This document shows, in pieces, positions 41,174-44,466 of a stretch of DNA of 44,466 bases. Source of the stretch: Dehalococcoidia bacterium (GTDB taxonomy: Bacteria > Chloroflexota > Dehalococcoidia > UBA2979); NCBI GenBank assembly GCA_030684635.1, contig JAUXUW010000247.1:1-44466 (forward strand), written 5' to 3'. The notes beneath the pieces are model-generated. The model did no database searches and was not told where the DNA came from. It saw only the letters and a list, made by a program, of their open reading frames with translations. Position numbers and translations under genes: made by a program. Within the stretch, counting starts at the first letter, position 1. Every line of letters starts with the position of its first letter.

Positions 41174-41378
41174 CGATGTTGCACCTAACGCTTGCGTTAA
41201 GGTTCGGAATCCTGTGACTCAGCAAACTCTCAGAAAGCAACCGTTATTGCTGGGGCAAAATCTGACGCTCGCGTAAGCGTTTCTATTCATAGATGTTTGT
41301 GATGTCTGATACATGTGCCGATGAAGAAAGGAATAACATCCGTGCTTGACCGGGTTGAGTCGAGCAAGGGGGTGTGCC

Positions 41379-41885
41379 GTGAGGAACCGAGACCGTTTCA
41401 TCTCGCTCTGTGGCGTCCTAGTCCTGGGCGTGGCGCTGGTTGGATGCGGCGGCGGGAGTGCGGACACCGCGTCCGCCAGTTCGCCCGGTTCGGCCGGGCA
41501 GAGTCAGAGTGCTGGCGCGGCCCAGCGGGCCACGTTCAACGCCGCTGCCACACCGGCGCCAGAGGGCACTGATCCGCTGGCCGCAGCGGTCATCAATGCC
41601 TTCATCGCGATGATCGCCAAGGACAAGGCCGGGCTCGACGCACTCTCCACGGCACCGCTCTCAAGCACCGAAGCAGAGACGGCGTACGCCTGTACGGGCG
41701 GCGGCACCTCCCCGACCATCGAGTCGCAGCAGGCTACGGTGAACGGCACGAGCGCGACCGTGGCGGTGAAGTTCCGGTCGAACGCCGGGTTCGCGATCCG
41801 GCGTGCAAGCGGGACGTGGGAACTCGCCCAGCAGGGGGACGGCTCGTGGAAGTTGTCGGCGGCACCCGTCTGCACGCAGGGCTAG
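41379..41885 (+). CDS. Lipoprotein, function unknown
   Basis: GTG 41379 is preceded by AAGGGGG. The lipobox is VALVGC-GGGS. The mature part is a small mixed alpha/beta domain. The TTG at 41346 in the ORF track is less likely to be the start. Confidence 0.6.
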   Translation: MRNRDRFISLCGVLVLGVALVGCGGGSADTASASSPGSAGQSQSAGAAQRATFNAAATPAPEGTDPLAAAVINAFIAMIAKDKAGLDALSTAPLSSTEAETAYACTGGGTSPTIESQQATVNGTSATVAVKFRSNAGFAIRRASGTWELAQQGDGSWKLSAAPVCTQG

Positions 41886-42052
41886 CGAAGCGCGGTACCG
41901 CCAGGTGTGGACGAGGGGCCCCACGGGGCCTCTCGTCATCTCCGTCACGCGCGTCGTACGCTCCGGCCCTGTAAGGATCCGCGACGTCGGGAGGCGCCTG
42001 CCTGGACGATGACGCTCTCCGGCTCCCGCGACTGGCCGAGGCGCCTCGGGCC

Positions 42053-42841
42053 GTGGTCGTCGACCTCGACGGGACACTGCTCGATGCGTCGGGGACGCTG
42101 AGCGCCCGGAGTGCCGCCGCGCTGGAGTCCGTGCTCGCGCGGGGAGTGTCGGTGGTCATCGCCACCGCACGCCCGGCGCGGTCGGTGCGGGTAAAGGTCG
42201 GTCCGCTGTTCGAGCGCGTGAGCGTGGTGCAGATGAGTGGCGTGGCGCTCGTCCACGCGGGCGCGGTCACTCGTCTGGCGTCCCTCGCGCCGGAAGCGGC
42301 CGTCCGCGTCGTCGCCCTCGCGCGGGCGCTCGCCCCGCACGCACGCATCGTCGCGGAGATCGAGGGCCATGAGTTCGGCGTGAACCACGCGATGCCCCCT
42401 AATGAACTCTGGGCGACGAACGCGGCGACGCCGGACATGCTGCTCTCGTTGGAGGCAGCGCTGGAGCGTGGCGTGGCGAAACTGGCGGTCAACGGCCTCG
42501 GCGTGCCGCTCCAGGAGATGGAGTCACGCCTGCGCGAGGAACTGGCCGGTGCGCTGGAGGTCTACGCGGACCGCAGCGGGACGTTCTTGAACCTCGTGCC
42601 GCCCGGCGTGTCGAAGGAAGCGGCCCTCCACCACCTGTGGCGTGAGCACGCCGGCCCGTGGCGGGGCGTGCTCGCGTTCGGGGACGACCTCGCAGATCTG
42701 GAGATGCTCCGTCTCGCCGAGCACGGCGTCGCCATGGCAAACGCGCTGCCGGCGGTACTGGTCGCCGTCCCGTATCGCACCGCCTCGAACGACGCGGACG
42801 GCGTGGCGCTCGCACTCGATGCACTCGCCGGCGAGGGCTGA
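42053..42841 (+). CDS. HAD-superfamily hydrolase, Cof-type (subfamily IIB)
   Basis: Motif I is VVDLDGTLL, motif II is VIATARP and motif IV is FGDDLADLEML. Confidence 0.75.
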   Translation: MVVDLDGTLLDASGTLSARSAAALESVLARGVSVVIATARPARSVRVKVGPLFERVSVVQMSGVALVHAGAVTRLASLAPEAAVRVVALARALAPHARIVAEIEGHEFGVNHAMPPNELWATNAATPDMLLSLEAALERGVAKLAVNGLGVPLQEMESRLREELAGALEVYADRSGTFLNLVPPGVSKEAALHHLWREHAGPWRGVLAFGDDLADLEMLRLAEHGVAMANALPAVLVAVPYRTASNDADGVALALDALAGEG

Positions 42842-42853
42842 CGGGCACGCCGG

Positions 42854-44419
42854 TTACGGCGCCCCGTAGATCTCCGTGTCCGGATACGCCGAGTACCACG
42901 GGAACCAGTACGAGATGTGCCCGACGAGGCGCGGCGCACGCTCACCGTCCGGGCCGACGAGCGCCTCCTCCGTCACGGCCCAGGTGCGTCCGCGGTGGTC
43001 GAGGACCGTGAAGGGGTTCGGGCCGGGCGCGAAGTTCAGGCTCGCCGGCCGCTCGTACGCGCGCACCTCTCCGCCAGCGATGTAGGTGAGTTCGCCCGCC
43101 GGCCCGCCGTCCGCGGCTACCTCGATCGCGTCTCCGAAGCCCACCACCACCACATCCACGTCGCCAACACGGTCGTTCGTGACGCCTCGGCGGATAGCCC
43201 CGCGCAGGCCGTACACCTTCGTCGCCTCGCCCACGCGCAGGCCGAACACCCACGCCTTCGCGATCAGGTCGGCGCTACGTCGTGACAGCGGGTAGAAGAG
43301 GTCGCCGGAGGTGAAGTACTGCAGGTACGGGTGTCCCGGCGTGTAGCCGCTGCCGATCCCCGTCTCCAGGTCCAGCACCGTCGTCTCCGGATGCGCCGAC
43401 CGCCACGACTCCCACGTCGCCACCACCACCGACAGCACGGTGAGCCACGGCCCGTCCGTCCCCGCCGAGGCCTCCACGAGCGGCCCGATCACCGGCCGGC
43501 CCGTGAACTGTTGCCAGAGCGTGTTGGTCTGGCGGTCGTACATCAGCTTGTTGTTCTCGTAGAGCAACCCGGACGTGCTGAACGAGTAGACCGTGCCGTC
43601 CGCGCCTCGGCGGTCGTAGGCGATGCCGCTCCCGCAGAGCGTGCAGTACGCGAGGGCGATCGGGACGCCGCCCAGCGTGTCGTTCGCCATTTCGTGCGCG
43701 TCCATGATGCGGAACGGATAGGCCCGCGCCTCGCCGTTCACGACGAGGCCGAAGACCGGCTCCTCCGGCAGCAGGTAGGTCGCGGCCTCGGCGGGGAGCG
43801 CGGGCGGCTGGTCGAGCGGTGTGATGCCGTCCACGGGGACGCTGCCCCACACCACCGACTCGATGCGGATCGTCGACGGCACGCCTTCGCGCAGGAAGTC
43901 GGCGAAGCGCGGATCGATCCCCGCCAGCAGCGCGCCCTTCCAGGCGAGGAAGCCCGGCGGCGGCGTCAGCGTGGTGCCGCCGTACCACGTAGCCCAGCGA
44001 TCCCAGCCCCGGCCGTACCGCTGCCCCGTCAGTTCCTCCAGCAGCGCGACGTACGAGGCGTCCATGTGGACGACCTTCGTATTCGTCGCGCGCACGATCT
44101 CGATCAGCGGCGCGACGAAACGCACGTCGCGCTCGCGCCGGATCTCCTCGAACGCCTCGGCGAGGGCTGCCGGGTCGGGTGGGTCGTCCAGCAGCAGCGC
44201 CAGCACGTCGCGCGCGCGTTCGTCGGAGAGCGGCGTGCCCGGCGGCAGCGTCACCACCGTCGCCGCCACCTCGCCGCGCGGTGTTGCGCCCACGAACGGC
44301 GTGACGCGCGGTGGCGCAGGCGTCGCCGTGCCGCCGTCGTCCGAGCAGGCGACGAGGAGCACCGACCCTGCCAGTGCGAGGGCGACCAGGACGGCGCGTG
44401 CGACCCTCGGCGCGATCAT
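42854..44419 (-). CDS. DUF3179-domain lipoprotein
   Basis: The lipobox is LLVAC-SDD. The core is DGITPLDQPP...VNGEARAYPFRIMDAHEMANDT...YCTLCGSGIAYDR...SGLLYENNKLMYDRQTNTLWQQ. Confidence 0.7.
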   Translation of the reverse strand: MIAPRVARAVLVALALAGSVLLVACSDDGGTATPAPPRVTPFVGATPRGEVAATVVTLPPGTPLSDERARDVLALLLDDPPDPAALAEAFEEIRRERDVRFVAPLIEIVRATNTKVVHMDASYVALLEELTGQRYGRGWDRWATWYGGTTLTPPPGFLAWKGALLAGIDPRFADFLREGVPSTIRIESVVWGSVPVDGITPLDQPPALPAEAATYLLPEEPVFGLVVNGEARAYPFRIMDAHEMANDTLGGVPIALAYCTLCGSGIAYDRRGADGTVYSFSTSGLLYENNKLMYDRQTNTLWQQFTGRPVIGPLVEASAGTDGPWLTVLSVVVATWESWRSAHPETTVLDLETGIGSGYTPGHPYLQYFTSGDLFYPLSRRSADLIAKAWVFGLRVGEATKVYGLRGAIRRGVTNDRVGDVDVVVVGFGDAIEVAADGGPAGELTYIAGGEVRAYERPASLNFAPGPNPFTVLDHRGRTWAVTEEALVGPDGERAPRLVGHISYWFPWYSAYPDTEIYGAP

Positions 44420-44466
44420 GCCCGGAGTCTACGGGTGGGCCGGCGGAACGAATGTGACGAATCTCA

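Noticed and set aside
1-44466. CRISPR arrays, tRNA/rRNA genes, transposases, integrases, and prophage or defence-island content
   Set aside because: None was recognised. There are no regularly spaced direct repeats and no cloverleaf-like or rRNA-like low-GC structured segments. No ORF carries DDE, tyrosine/serine recombinase, nuclease/helicase or toxin-antitoxin hallmarks. The only repeats are the short family at 612, 1800 and 2060 and the shared leader motif.

Overview
This is a visibly high-GC bacterial chromosomal segment, roughly two-thirds G+C by eye, with only two short AT-rich islands at about 17640-17760 and 41170-41345. Lipoprotein signals, an LPXTG sorting signal and the absence of L/P-ring genes point to a monoderm. 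It could be Chloroflexota/Thermomicrobia-like or Actinomycetota-like, but I cannot assign it without a database search.

Left part (1-17.6 kb):
- the 3' end of lexA and an orphan OppD-type ABC ATPase;
- a minus-strand operon npdG-cofE-MFS-small membrane protein-holA (F420 genes);
- a NitT/TauT-type ABC importer;
- two secreted serine proteases flanking a crotonase;
- cobU-cobS-cobT;
- a translationally coupled GNAT-GNAT-methyltransferase trio.

Middle (17.6-20.2 kb):
- an AT-rich promoter island and a ydaO-class (c-di-AMP) riboswitch leading a monocistronic 70-aa zinc-ribbon ORF;
- an ABM-fold protein;
- two orphan response regulators.

Right half (20.26-41.17 kb): one co-directional flagellar super-cluster, flbD-motAB-fliLMY-fliOPQR-flhBAF-PilZ-x-fliA-x-x-flgFG-flgMN-flgKL-fliW-csrA. 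It is followed by a lipoprotein, a HAD hydrolase and a DUF3179 lipoprotein.

I saw no rRNA, tRNA, CRISPR array, transposase or integrase.

Best candidates for something undescribed:
1. Two ORFs translationally chained behind fliA: a membrane-anchored HTH protein, and a sortase-anchored (LPNTG) protein with an RskA-like anti-sigma sensor domain.
2. The c-di-AMP riboswitch / zinc-ribbon mini-gene.
3. A sequence motif shared by the leaders of the NarL/DegU-like regulator and the flagellar operon.

All family assignments come from motif recognition in the supplied translations. No searches were run.
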